From: Eledone cirrhosa
Lineage: Eukaryota
DNA length: 64,000 nt
Assembly (NCBI GenBank): GCA_964016885.1
Contig: OZ024742.1
Coordinates: forward strand, 43,772,001 to 43,836,000
Reading direction: 5' to 3'
Of the stretch, positions 43,732 through 57,957 are shown one piece after another; the stretch's first letter is position 1; every line of letters begins with the position of its first letter. The translations under genes were made by a program, and so were the position numbers. Below the pieces are notes generated by a model that worked only from the letters and a program-made list of their open reading frames with translations, did no database searches and was not told the origin of the DNA.

Positions 43732-44287
43732 TGTATGTATATATGTATGTATGTATGTATATATATATGTATGTATGTATATATATATGTATGTATGTAT
43801 ATATATATGTATGTATGTATATATATATGTATGTATGTATATATATATGTATGTATGTATATATATATGTATGTATATATATATATGTATGTATATATAT
43901 ATATGTATGTATGTATATATATATGTATGTATATATATATATGTATGTATATATATATATGTATGTATGTATATATATATGTATGTATGTATATATGTAT
44001 GTATGTATGTGTATATGTATGTATGTATGTGTATGTATGTATGTATGTATGTATGTATATATATATATATGTATATATATATATGTATATATATATATGT
44101 ATGTATGTATATATATATATATGTATATATATATATGTATATATATATATGTATGTATATATATATATATGTATATATATATATGTATGTATGTATATAT
44201 ATATATATGTATATATATATATGTATGTATGTATATATATATATATATGTATGTATGTATATATATATATATATGTATGTATGTATG

Positions 44288-44322
<35 letters not shown>

Positions 44323-44323
44323 G

Positions 44324-44360
<37 letters not shown>

Positions 44361-44361
44361 G

Positions 44362-44396
<35 letters not shown>

Positions 44397-44435
44397 GTAT
44401 GTATATATATATGTATGTATGTATGTATGTATATA

Positions 44436-44510
<75 letters not shown>

Positions 44511-44516
44511 ATATAT

Positions 44517-45014
44517 AACATTGAATAACTTTGAAATGTTTTGGCCAGTATTGGCCCAGGCCATGTCTAACTTAATAGCACCACCTGGCGAAGTCTTTCA
44601 ATTCAGGATTTGGGCACCATGGCCCATTCGAGAAGAGAATTACTGTTTGCGGAGACATATCCGGGTGTGGGTGGTTTGTCCGGGATTACTTGGAGGAATT
44701 TGTCCAAAGACTTCTTGAATTTTGAGTGGTCAGTTTCTGTTTTGACGTGTCCTGGTGTGATGTTGAAGAGAGCAGGGCCGATTGAGGTGAAATAATTGTG
44801 CCGTATTGTTGTTATGAGTTGCGATTTAGATTTTTGAATGGGACGGATAGCACGGGGCCCAAGCCTTGGGTGTATCTTGAAGGCGATGCCAACATCATTT
44901 GGGCAGTGATGATGGAACATTTTCCACATCATGCAGATAATATAACGCTCACGGCGACGTTGGAGTGAGTAAAGTTTCAGGTTTTCCAATCGACCCCAGT
45001 AGTCAAGGTCTGAC
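44517..45014 (-). mobile_element. CR1/L2-group LINE 3' fragment with open C-terminal reading frame
   Basis: [45 protein letters not shown]; inserted in (TA)n. Confidence 0.8.
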
Positions 45015-45132
45015 ATATATATGTATATATATATAATTGTATGTATATATATATATATATATAATGTTTGTATGTATATATATATATATATATAATGTTT
45101 GTATGTATATATATATATATATATAATGTTTG

Positions 45133-45170
<38 letters not shown>

Positions 45171-45234
45171 GTTTGTATGTATATATATATATATATATAT
45201 AATGTTTGTATGTATATATATATATATATGTATG

Positions 45235-45311
<77 letters not shown>

Positions 45312-45451
45312 ATATATATGTATATATATATGTATGTATGTATATATATATGTATATATATATGTATGTATGTATATATATATGTATGTATATATATATA
45401 TATGTATGTATGTATGTGTATATATATATATATATGTAATGTATGTATATA

Positions 45452-45482
<31 letters not shown>

Positions 45483-45486
45483 GTAT

Positions 45487-46098
45487 GTCAGGTCACCAGT
45501 TGGTGCTACTGGTAACATGTATCCCAGTACAACCTGTCTCATGGTCGGGTCGTTGGCGACTAAACTGGCAACCCCACCAAGGTTTCTTGGTGAGGAGGGT
45601 GACTTTGGACATCCTGCAGGACTAAAAACAAAACCTGTCAAAGGGCAAAGGAGCTCTTAAGAGTCAATGGCCATCCAAAATCACCGGGAGAGATGACCCC
45701 TTAGCCTTTGTCAAGGCAGAATTCTAGGAGAAGGAAAACTCTGATATAACACCTGCAACCCTGATGGTATCCAATGATGTTGACTTGTTCTTCTTTTTGG
45801 TAAATATCATCTTGGTTAAGAGAGTGGGACTGGCTTTGTGCAGTGCCTTTGCTCACTATAAAAGCTTCACGGCACAGGCATTGCTTTATATCTGGAGATC
45901 TCTCTGCACTTGTCGTCACATGGTACCATGGGCCCAACACTATGTGTCAATAATTGTCACAAGTGTAGTCTTTGTACCAGAGTTTTCAAGTCGCTGGCTG
46001 GACTAAAAAGTCACACTCGTTCAGCGCATCAGTAGGGGTTCTCCTACATGGATATAAAGTAGTGGCCGTACTCGAAAACAACGAGTTGGCAGCCACCA
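45487..46098 (+). mobile_element. RTE-derived non-autonomous element, copy 6 (longest 5' end)
   Basis: Starts GTCAGGTCACCAG. Confidence 0.85.
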
Positions 46099-46469
46099 TG
46101 TATGTATATATATATGTATGTATGTATGTATATATATATATGTATGTATGTATATATATATATATATATGTATGTATATATATATATATGTATGTATATA
46201 TATATATATGTATGTATATATATATATATGTATGTATGTATATATATATATATGTATGTATGTATATATATGTATGTATGTATATATATATATATGTATG
46301 TATGTATAATATATATGTATGTATGTATGTATATATATATATATGTATGTATGTATATATATATGTATGTATGTAGTATAGTATATATATATGTATGTAT
46401 GTATATATATATATGTATGTATGTATATATATATATATGTATGTATATATATATGTATGTATGTATGTA

Positions 46470-46505
<36 letters not shown>

Positions 46506-46587
46506 TGTATGTATGTATGTATGTATGTATGTATGTATGTATGTATGTATGTATGTATGTATGTATGTATGTATGTATGTATGTATG

Positions 46588-46618
<31 letters not shown>

Positions 46619-46638
46619 TGTATGTATGTGTGTGTGTA

Positions 46639-46706
<68 letters not shown>

Positions 46707-47330
46707 ATGTATGTATGTATGTATGTATGTATGTATGTATGTATGTATATATGTATGTATGTATATATATATATATGTATGTATGTATGTATATATATAT
46801 ATATGTATGTATGTATTGTATATATATATATATGTATGTATGTATGTATATATATATATATATGTATGTATGTATGTATTATATATATATAGTATGTATG
46901 TATGTATGTATGTATATATATATATATTGTATGTATGTATATATATATGTATGTATATATATATGTATGTATGTATATATATATGTATGTATATATATAT
47001 GTATGTATGTATATATATATGTATGTATATATATATGTATGTATGTATATATATATGTATGTATGTTATATATGTATGTATGTATGTATATATTATATAT
47101 GTATGTATGTATATATATTATGTATGTATATATATATGTATGTATGTATATATGTATGTATGTATATATATATGTATGTATGTATATATATATGTATGTA
47201 TGTATATATATATGTATGTATGTATGTATATATATATGTATGTATATATGTATGTATGTATGTATGTATATATATGTATGTATGTATATATATGTATGTA
47301 TGTATGTATATATATATATATGTATGTATG

Positions 47331-47361
<31 letters not shown>

Positions 47362-47937
47362 ATATATATGTATGTATGTATATATATATATATGTATGTA
47401 TGTATATATATATATGTATGTATGTATATATGTATGTATGTATGTATGTATATATGTATGTATGTATATGATTAGTATGTATATGTATGTATGTATATAT
47501 ATTTATGTATGTATGTATTTATATATATATGTATGTATGTATATATATATATATTATGTATGTATATATATATATATGTATGTATATATATATATATGTA
47601 TGTATGTATATATATATATATGTATGTATATGTATGTATGTATGTATATATATATATGTATGAATGTATGTATATATATATATATGTATGTATGTATATA
47701 TATATATATGTATGTATGTATATATATATGTATGTATATATACATATATATTATATATGTATGTATGTATGATATATATATATGTATGAATGTATGTATA
47801 TATATATTAGTATGTATATTGTATGTATGTATGTATGTATATATGTATGTATGTATGTATGTATATATATATGTATGTATGTTTGTATGTATATATGTAT
47901 GTATGTATGTATGTATATATGTATGTATGTATGTATG

Positions 47938-47971
<34 letters not shown>

Positions 47972-48935
47972 TGTATGTATGTATGTATGTATGTTATGTA
48001 TTGTATGTTGTATTATATATAGTATATATATGTTTGTATGTATATATATATATATATAGTTGTTTGTATGTATATATATATATATATGTTTGTATGTATA
48101 TATATATATATATATATATTGTTTGTATGTATATATATATATATATATATATGTTTGTATGTATATATATATATATATATATATGTTTGTATGTATATAT
48201 ATATATATATATATATTGTTTGTATGTATATATATATTATATATTTATGTTTGTATGTATATATATATATATATATATGTTTGTATGTATATATATATGA
48301 TATATATATTATGTTTGTATGTATATATATATATATATATATATGTTTGTATGTATATATATATATATAGTATATATATGTTTGTATGTATATATATATA
48401 TATATATATATGTTTGTATGTATATATATATATATGTTTGTATGTATATATATATATATATTATATATGTTTGTATGTATATATATATGTATATACATGT
48501 TTGTATGTATATATATATATGTTTGTATGTATATATATATATATATATGTTTGTATGTATATATATGTATATATGTTTGTATGTATATATATATATGTAT
48601 ATATGTTTGTATGTATATATATATATATATATGTTTGTATGTATATATATGTATATATGTTTGTATGTAATATATATATATATGTATATATGTTTGTATG
48701 TATATATATGTATATATGTTTGTATGTATATATAATATATATGTTTGTATGTATATATATATATATATGTTTGTATGTATTATATATATATGTTTGTATG
48801 TATATATATATATATATATATGTTTGTATGTATATATATTATATATATGTTTGTATGTATATTTATATATATATGTTTGTATGTATATATATATATATAT
48901 GTTTGTATGTATATATATATATATATGTTTGTATG

Positions 48936-48971
<36 letters not shown>

Positions 48972-49092
48972 TGTTTGTATGTATATATATATATGTATAT
49001 ATATATGTATATATATATATATATGTATATTATATATATATATATGTATGTATATATGTATGTATGTATGTATGTATATATATGTATGTATG

Positions 49093-49124
<32 letters not shown>

Positions 49125-49248
49125 TGTATGTATGTATGTATATATATATATATGTATATGTACGTATATATATATATGTATGTATTATATATATGTATGT
49201 ATATATATATGTATGTATATATATATGTATGTATATATATATGTAATG

Positions 49249-49365
<117 letters not shown>

Positions 49366-49984
49366 GTATTATATATTTATATGTATGTATATATATATAT
49401 ATGTATGTATTTATTATGTATTGTAGTATATGTATGTATATGTATGTATATTATGTATATTTGTATGTATTATATATATATATAGTATGTATATATATAT
49501 ATATGTATGTGTATTAGTATATATATATATGTATGTGTATATTATATATATATATGTATGTCTATATATATATATATATGTGTATATATATATATGTATG
49601 TGTATATATATGTATGTGTATATATATGTATGTATATATATATATATATATATATACATACATACATGTATGTATATATATATATGTATGTATGTATATA
49701 TATATATATATGTATGTGTATATATATATATATATTATGTATGTATATATATATATATATGTATGTGTATATATATATATATATATATGTATGTGTATAT
49801 ATTATATATATGTATGTGTATATATATATATATGTATGTATGTGTATATATATATATATATGTATGTATGTGTATATATATGTATATATATATGTATGTA
49901 TATATATATATGTATATATATATATATGTATGTATATATATGTATATATATATATATGTATATATATATATGTATATATATATA

Positions 49985-50050
<66 letters not shown>

Positions 50051-50073
50051 GTGTATATATATATATATGTATG

Positions 50074-50154
<81 letters not shown>

Positions 50155-50188
50155 GTGTATATTATATATATATGTATGTATATATGTA

Positions 50189-50289
<101 letters not shown>

Positions 50290-50291
50290 TG

Positions 50292-50342
<51 letters not shown>

Positions 50343-50457
50343 GTATATATATATATGTATATATATATGTATATATATGTATATATATATGTATATATAT
50401 ATATAGTATGTATATATATATATATGTATATATATATGTATATGTATTATATATATG

Positions 50458-50598
<141 letters not shown>

Positions 50599-50614
50599 GT
50601 ATATATATTATATG

Positions 50615-50694
<80 letters not shown>

Positions 50695-50760
50695 TGTATG
50701 TATATATATATATGTATGTATATATATATGTATGTATGTATATATATATATATATAGTAT

Positions 50761-51367
50761 GTCAGGTCACCAGTTGGTGCTACTGGTAACATGTATCCCA
50801 GTACAACCTGTCTCATGGTCGGGTCGTTGGCGACTAAACTGGCAACCCCACCAAGGTTTCTTGGTGAGGAGGGTGACTTTGGACATCCTGCAGGACTAAA
50901 AACAAAACTGTCAAAGGGCAAAGGAGCTCTTAAGAGTCAATGGCCATCCAAAATCACCGGAGAGATGACCCCTTAGCCTTTGTCAAGGCAGAATTCTAGG
51001 AGAAGGAAAACTCTGATATAACACCTGCAACCTTGATGGTATCCAATGATGTTGACTTGTTCTTCTTTTTGGTAAATATCATCTTGGTTAAGAGAGTGGG
51101 ACTGGCTTTGTGCAGTGCCTTTGCTCACTATAAAAGCTTCACGGCACAGGCATTGCTTTATATCTGGAGATCTCTCTGCACTTGTCCTCACATGGTACCA
51201 TGGGCCCAGCACTATGTGTCAATAATTGTCACAGGTGTAGTGTTTGTACCAGAGTTTTCAAGTCGCTGGCTGGACTAAAAAGTCACACTCATGCAGCGCT
51301 TCGGTAGGGGTTCTCCTACATGGATATAAAGTAGTGGCCGTACTCGAAAACGAGTTGGCAGCCACCA
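50761..51367 (+). mobile_element. RTE-derived non-autonomous element, copy 7 (longest 5' end)
   Basis: Starts GTCAGGTCACCAG. Confidence 0.85.
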
Positions 51368-51996
51368 TATATGTATGTATATATATATATATGTATGTAT
51401 ATATATATATATGTATGTATATATATATATATGTATGTATATATATATATATGTATGTATATATATATGTATGTATGTATATATATGTATGTATGTATAT
51501 ATATATGTATGTATGTATATATATATATGTATGTATATATATATGTATGTATGTATATATATATATGTATGTATATATATATATATGTATGTATATATAT
51601 ATATATGTATGTATATATATATATATATGTATGTATATATATATATGTATGTAATATATATATATATAATATATTATATATGTATGTATATATGTATGTA
51701 TATATTATATTATATGTATATATATATATATATGTATGTAATATATATATATGTATGTATATATATATGTATGTATATATAATATTATATATATGTATGT
51801 ATATATATATATATGTATGTATATATATATATATGTATGTATATATATATATATGTATGATATATATATATTATGTATATATATATATGTATGTATATAT
51901 CTATATATGTATGTATATATCTATATATGTATGTAATATATATATATATGTATGTGTATATATATATATGTATGTGTATATATCTATATATGTATG

Positions 51997-52077
<81 letters not shown>

Positions 52078-52105
52078 GTATGTATGTTATATATATATAT
52101 GTATG

Positions 52106-52141
<36 letters not shown>

Positions 52142-52149
52142 TATGTATG

Positions 52150-52203
<54 letters not shown>

Positions 52204-52361
52204 TGTATGTATATATATATATATATGTATGTATATATATATATATGTATGTATATATATATATATATGTATGTATATATCTATATATGTATGTATATAT
52301 ATATATATGTATGTATATATATATATATGTATATATATATGTATGTATATATATATGTATG

Positions 52362-52401
<40 letters not shown>

Positions 52402-52459
52402 TATATGTATGTATATATATATATATGTATGTATATATATATGTATGTATATATATATG

Positions 52460-52492
<33 letters not shown>

Positions 52493-52694
52493 GTATGTAT
52501 ATATGTATGTATATATATATTATATGTATATGTATATATATATATGTATATATATATTATATGTATATGTATATATATATATGTATATATATTATATGTA
52601 TATATATTATATGTATATATATTATATGTATATATATATATGTATATATATATTATATGTATATGTATATATATATATGTATATATATTATATG

Positions 52695-52725
<31 letters not shown>

Positions 52726-52745
52726 TATATGTATATATATGTATA

Positions 52746-55700
52746 ATAAAAAATTGAACAGGGACAGAACAGAGAGGCAGTACGACAAATGTTTATTAGC
52801 TTCACGCTCAGGAGTGGGGGGTAGGTGGAGGACGACGTTTCGGGCAGAAGCCCTTCTTCGGGTAAGAGTTCAAAAGGTGTGTAGGGGAGTGGTGGAGAGA
52901 CATATAGCGAAAGGAAACGGTGCGAATGAAAAATTAACAAATAAAGACAAAAATATAATAAATAATAAATAAGAATAAAGCATGATCAAAATACAAGGAA
53001 TGAGAACATTTAAAAATAAAGGCATGATCAAAATAAACTGAAATTAAAAGGGGGGTAAACAGGTGGTGGAAGGGTGTGGGGTGAGTAGAGGTGGAGGCGG
53101 GTGGAGTGGGTGAGAGGGAGACGGGGTGTCCGAGCGGGGAGGGCTGAAGGTGGTGTGTGTGGTTAGGTGTGTGTGTGTGTGTGTGTATGTGAAAGTGAGG
53201 GTTGGGGGAAGAACGGGGTTGCATGTTCAGGAAGGTGTGTGTGGGGGGTGTTTTTGTGTGTCGGAGGGTCTGTGCGTGTGTGGATAGGGGGTGGGGGAGA
53301 GCAATCAGGGGGCTGAGGGTGTAAATATGTGGTGGGAAGCACGTGTGTGTGGTTTAAGCGTGTTGTGGGTGGCGTGTGGATAAAAAAATTTGTTTTGGGA
53401 TGTGTGTGTGGGTGAGTTATATAGGTGATGGTGTTAGAGGATGGTTGAAAAGTGGTAAGTTACACGGATGTATGGAGATTTTGGTTGGAAGTCAAAACGC
53501 GTGTGGGTAATCCAAGAAGCGGTGGTCGGAAGAGGAGAGATGTGGGGGTGCGCGCGCAACAGGAAGTGGTCAGCAGTGGAAGTGCTGTGGTCAGTGGGTG
53601 CTGAGACAGTGGTCGGAAGGGCATAGCAGCAGTCAGCGGAATGCTAGGGAGGCGAGGATGGGTAGGTGTGAGAGTTGGTGTGTGTGTGTGTGTGTGTGTG
53701 TATTAGTAGGGGTGTTAGTGGGATGAGTGAGTTTGGAGTGGGGAGAGAAGGGTGTGTGTGGTTCTATGGAGGGAGTGTGGTGTACTGGTGTGTGTGTAGT
53801 TTGGTGAGGAGGTGTTAGTGGGTGTTAGTAGACGGGAGGTGGGGAGGGGTGGAATGCAGGTGTGAGTGGGGGTTACTGGGGGTAGGGTGTGTAGAGTTGG
53901 TGGTGTACGAGGGTGTGTGGGTACGTGTGCGTGGGGTTGGAGGGTGTTAGTGATGTTAGTTGCGTGTGGGGTGGGTGGTGTAAGTGTGTGCGTGTGATAA
54001 GGAGGGGGGAGGAGGAGAAGAGGGGAGGGAAGGGATGTTAGTATGTTAGTTGGGGAAGGGTGGTTAGATGAGGGGTGGAGTGGGGGTGTTAGTATTGTTA
54101 GTGTGGGGTGGGCGGTGAAAAGGAGGGGTGTGTTAGTGGTGTTAGTGGGGGATAAGTGGTGGAGGGGGGCGGTCGAACGCTAAAGGAATAAGGGTGGGGA
54201 GTTCAGGCCGGGTGGGGTGTGGGTCTGTAAGATGAAGATAGTACGTTGTTCGACCGTGAGGCGATGGGCGGGTGTTCCGTGGCACTGGAGTAGGCCACAG
54301 ACTGTGAGATGGTGTGCGGAGTGTCCAGGGCCACCAAAGTGGCGGGCGATGGGGGAACTGCCCCCGAGACGAATGTCCCGGAGGTGCTCCGTGACTCGGT
54401 CCGCCAGGCGACGTCCCGTCTGTCCGACATAAGTCGCGCTGCACCTCGTGCAACGAAGTCCGTAGACTAGGTTGGAGGAGGTGCAGCGGAAGGCATGCCG
54501 GACCGAGAGAGGGTGGCCGTTGGGACCCTGGAAGGTGGTGGTGTTGGTGATGTGGGGACAGGTGTTGCAGCGGGGCCTAGAACAGGGGAAGGAACCGGGG
54601 GGGGAAACGGAGCGTGGGTTGGGGGGTAGGGAGCTGTGGACGAGGAGGGTGCGGAGATTGCGTGCGCGTATGAAGGAGGGGAGTGGTGGGGTTGGGAAGA
54701 TGTGGGAGGTGGAGGGGTCGGACTGGAGGTGTCGGAAGAGGCGGCGGATGGTGCGGTGGAGGGGTGGTAGGTGATGGGGAAGGGGAGACGGTGGGTGGGT
54801 GTGCGGTGGCGTGGGGTGAGGGTGGTAGAGCGGGGGATAGCACGGGCGCGGGTGAGAGCGGTGTGGACGAGAGAGGGGGGGTAACCTCTGCGGATGAAAT
54901 GGCTGACTAGGGAAAGGGCTTGGGACTCGAAGTCAGCATCTCGGCTACAGAGGCGGCGGATCCTGAGAAGTTGGGAGTAGGGAATGGAGAGTTTAGTGTG
55001 GGTGGGGTGGGAAGAGGTGAAGTCGAGGTAAGAGTGGGAGGAGGTGGGTTTGAAGAAGGCGGAGGTGACGAGGGAGTGGTGGGAGGGGTCGAAGGCGACG
55101 GAGATGTCCAAGAAGTGGACGTGGGTGGTGGAGATAGAGGTGGTGAAGTGGAGGGAGGGGTGGAAGGAGCAGAAGAAGGAGAGAAAGGAGTCGAGCTGTA
55201 CTCGGGTGAGGGTCGTGGCTCCGATACAGTCGTCAATGTAACGACCGTACAGTTCGGGCGTGGGGCCGGTGTACTGGGCAAAGATTTGGGCCTCAACATG
55301 GCCAACAAAAAGGTTGGCATAGTTCGGGCCCATTCTTGTGCCCATGGCTACCCACGTGACCTGTTGGTAAAACTCACCCGAGAAGGAGAAACAATTTAGG
55401 GTGAGGACCAGCTCGGCGAGGCGAAGGAGGGTGGGGGTGGAGGGAATGGGGGAGGGGCGAAGGTCGAGGTAGTGTTTGAGGGCGCGAAGGCCGTCGGCGT
55501 GGGGGATGACGGTATAGAGGGACTTGATGTCTAGGGTGAAGAGGAATGGCTGAGGGCCGGGTAGGTAGGTGAAGGAGTCGAAAAGGCGCAGGGCGTGGTT
55601 GGTGTCAGAGATGTGGGAGGGCAGGGTGGTGACAAGGGGGGCGAGGAGGGAGTCGAGAAAGGCGGAGATGAGTTCGGTGGGGCAGTTGCAAGCGGAGACG

Positions 55701-56210
55701 ATGGGGAGGCCGGGGTTGTCGGGTTTGTGGAGTTTGGGGAGGAAGTAGATGGTGGGGGTGCGGGGTGTGCGGACGATGAGGTGGGAAGCGGTGGGGGGGG
55801 AGGAGGGAGGAGGCGATAAGGTCTTTGATGGTGGAGGAGACTTGTTGTTGGTAGAGGGGGGTGGGATCGGAGGGTAGCGGGCGGTAAAAGAGGGGGTTAC
55901 AGAGCTGCCCGAGGGCTTCGGCCCTGTAGAGGTCCGCGTGCCATACCACCACGGCGCCTCCCTTGTCCGCCGGTTTGATGACGTTGTCATCTCGGCTACG
56001 GAGGGAGCGGAGAGCGAGGAGTTCGCCCCGTGAGATGTTGTGCCGTTTGGAACGGTGGCGGAAGTCGAAACGATTTACTGCGCTACGGCTGGCATCGACG
56101 AAGGCGTCCAGGGTGCTAAATTGCCCTGGGGCCGGCGTCCAAGAAGATGGTCGTCGGCCCAGGGCGAGAAACGGGTCTGGGGCGTCCGGAGCCGGTGGCG
56201 TTTGACCGAA
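52746..56210 (-). mobile_element. Penelope-like element, Neptune type (RT, Cys linker, GIY-YIG endonuclease); 5'-truncated and frameshifted
   Basis: RT motifs IYFLPKLHKP, LFTLDIKSLYT, AMGTRMGPNYANLF and YGRYIDD; linker PCSRPRCNTC; endonuclease NLVYGLRCTRCSATYVGQTGRRLADRVTEH; (TA)n on both sides. Confidence 0.92.
52825..52868 (-). ncRNA. Minimal hammerhead-like motif in the Penelope terminal repeat
   Basis: Minus strand reads CCGAAGA-AGGGC-TTCT-GCCC-GAAAC-GTC; minimal hammerheads are established features of Penelope pseudo-LTRs. Confidence 0.65.
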
Positions 56211-56241
56211 ATATATGTATATATATATATGTATATATATG

Positions 56242-56272
<31 letters not shown>

Positions 56273-56309
56273 TATATGTATATATATATATATATTTATA
56301 TGTCTATGT

Positions 56310-57312
56310 ATCATCATCATCGTTTATGTGTATCATCATCATCATCATCGTTTATGAGTATCATCATCATCACTTGCATGGGTTTGGATGGGAATTTTCC
56401 CACTTGAGGCAAGATTGGTTGTCTTGCTCGTATAGGACTGTCTGGCGGGTTTTCTATGGCTGGGTGTCCTTCCCAACACCAACCACGTTTACAGTGTGGA
56501 CTGGGAAGTTTTTACCGTGTTACCTACACGGCCACATTACAGCGTGGATTGTGTGTTTTTTTGTCGTGACACCTACACGACCTCATTTATTTCGGACTGG
56601 ATGTTGTCGGACCAACATAACTTTACATTGAAAGGGGTGGCTGGTAGTGGGAAGGGGGTGTATTTTTGTTAGAGATGCCTACTGACTGTAGGTTTCGCTT
56701 TGTACTTAGGCAAGGCGGGTCTTCTGTGTTACTGTGTAGCGCCAAAGATCTTGGTCCAGTGACATTGTCTTGGAGAGGTGTAAGTGTGTGAGGTCGGAAA
56801 TTATCAAGTCATCCCAGGTTTTTCTGGGTCTGCCTACTCCGTGGCTACCGTCTATTTTTATCGTCCTGCACTTTTTTATACAGCTGTCGTCTTTCATGCG
56901 CATCACGTGACCGTAGCAACGTAGTTTTCTCTCGAGGAAACATCTGATCCCTCTTATTCCTAATTTCTCCCTTTGTTTATGTTTTGCTGTTCACGTATAT
57001 TACTATTACACATCCAATGGAGCATGCAAGCTTCGTTACTCTCCAGTCTGCGTATTTCCTCTGCACACAATGCCCAGGTCTCACTGCCATGTAACATTGC
57101 TGTTCGTATGCAGGCATCATACAGCCTGCCTTTCATTTTTAGAGAGAACCCTTTAGCGACCAACAACGGTATAAGCTCTCTGAACTTTTTCCATCCCGTT
57201 CTGACTCTAGCTACTGTACTTTCAGAGGACCCTCCACCACTGCTGATTTTGTCATCCAGGTAACGGAAGGTGTCCACTATTTCTATAGAACCATCTATGC
57301 AATGGAATGAGC
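56310..57312 (-). mobile_element. 5'-truncated RTE LINE (same family as 6493-8143)
   Basis: IEIVDTFRYL, KGRLYDACIRTAMLHGSETW and GRPRKTWDD; 3' UTR and (GAT)n tail. Confidence 0.88.
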
Positions 57313-57314
57313 TA

Positions 57315-57349
<35 letters not shown>

Positions 57350-57351
<2 letters not shown>

Positions 57352-57495
57352 CATACGTCAAGACGGGCGGTCTCGAAAGTGAAAGTAAATTATTTTCATT
57401 TTCGAATGTCGTGTTTACATTTTGTGTGTGTGTTTAGATCTAAATTAGTTACTGAGATTAAAGACAGAATCAGAGCCTCTGTCGTTTTAACTGAT

Positions 57496-57528
<33 letters not shown>

Positions 57529-57957
57529 AGTTGACGGTTGAGAGAAGAGTACTCAATACCGAAGTAGTCTTGTAATGAGGCTTGCAGAATGGTGAGTCCG
57601 CCATTCTAGACGCTGCTGCCTTGCAGAAGTCCCAAATCGAAGCTCTGACTCTCTCGTCCCCATCATTCAGCAGGGATTTTGCCAGGCAGCCGCATCATCT
57701 CCGATGGTTGGGCTTCCTATTCGGAAATTGAAGGTGGGATTTACGTTCATGATGTTGTGGTGCACGAACGGAACTTTGTAGATCCTGCGGACCCTGATGT
57801 GCACACACAGCTCATAAAGAACACATGGAGCCGTGCAAAGAAGAAGCTTCGTCGCCAGCATGTTTCCTTTAAACACACACACAAAATGTAAACACAACGT
57901 TCGAAAATGAAAATAAATTTACTTTCACTTTTGAGACCGCCCGTCTTGACGTATGCC
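57350..57957 (+). mobile_element. Merlin (IS1595/ISXO2-like) non-autonomous transposon with ~88 bp TIRs
   Basis: Termini GGCATACGTCAAGACGGGCGGTCTC.. and ..GAGACCGCCCGTCTTGACGTATGCC; internal LPGSRIISDGWASY..VVHERNFVDP..VHTQLIKNTWSRAK is an ISXO2-type DDE fragment. Confidence 0.88.

Noticed and set aside
45491-45604. Canonical HDV-like ribozyme using GGTCACC/GGTGACT as P1
   Set aside because: No pyrimidine-rich L3 immediately before the 3' strand of P1 and no GG directly after it; retained only as an unclassified structured candidate.
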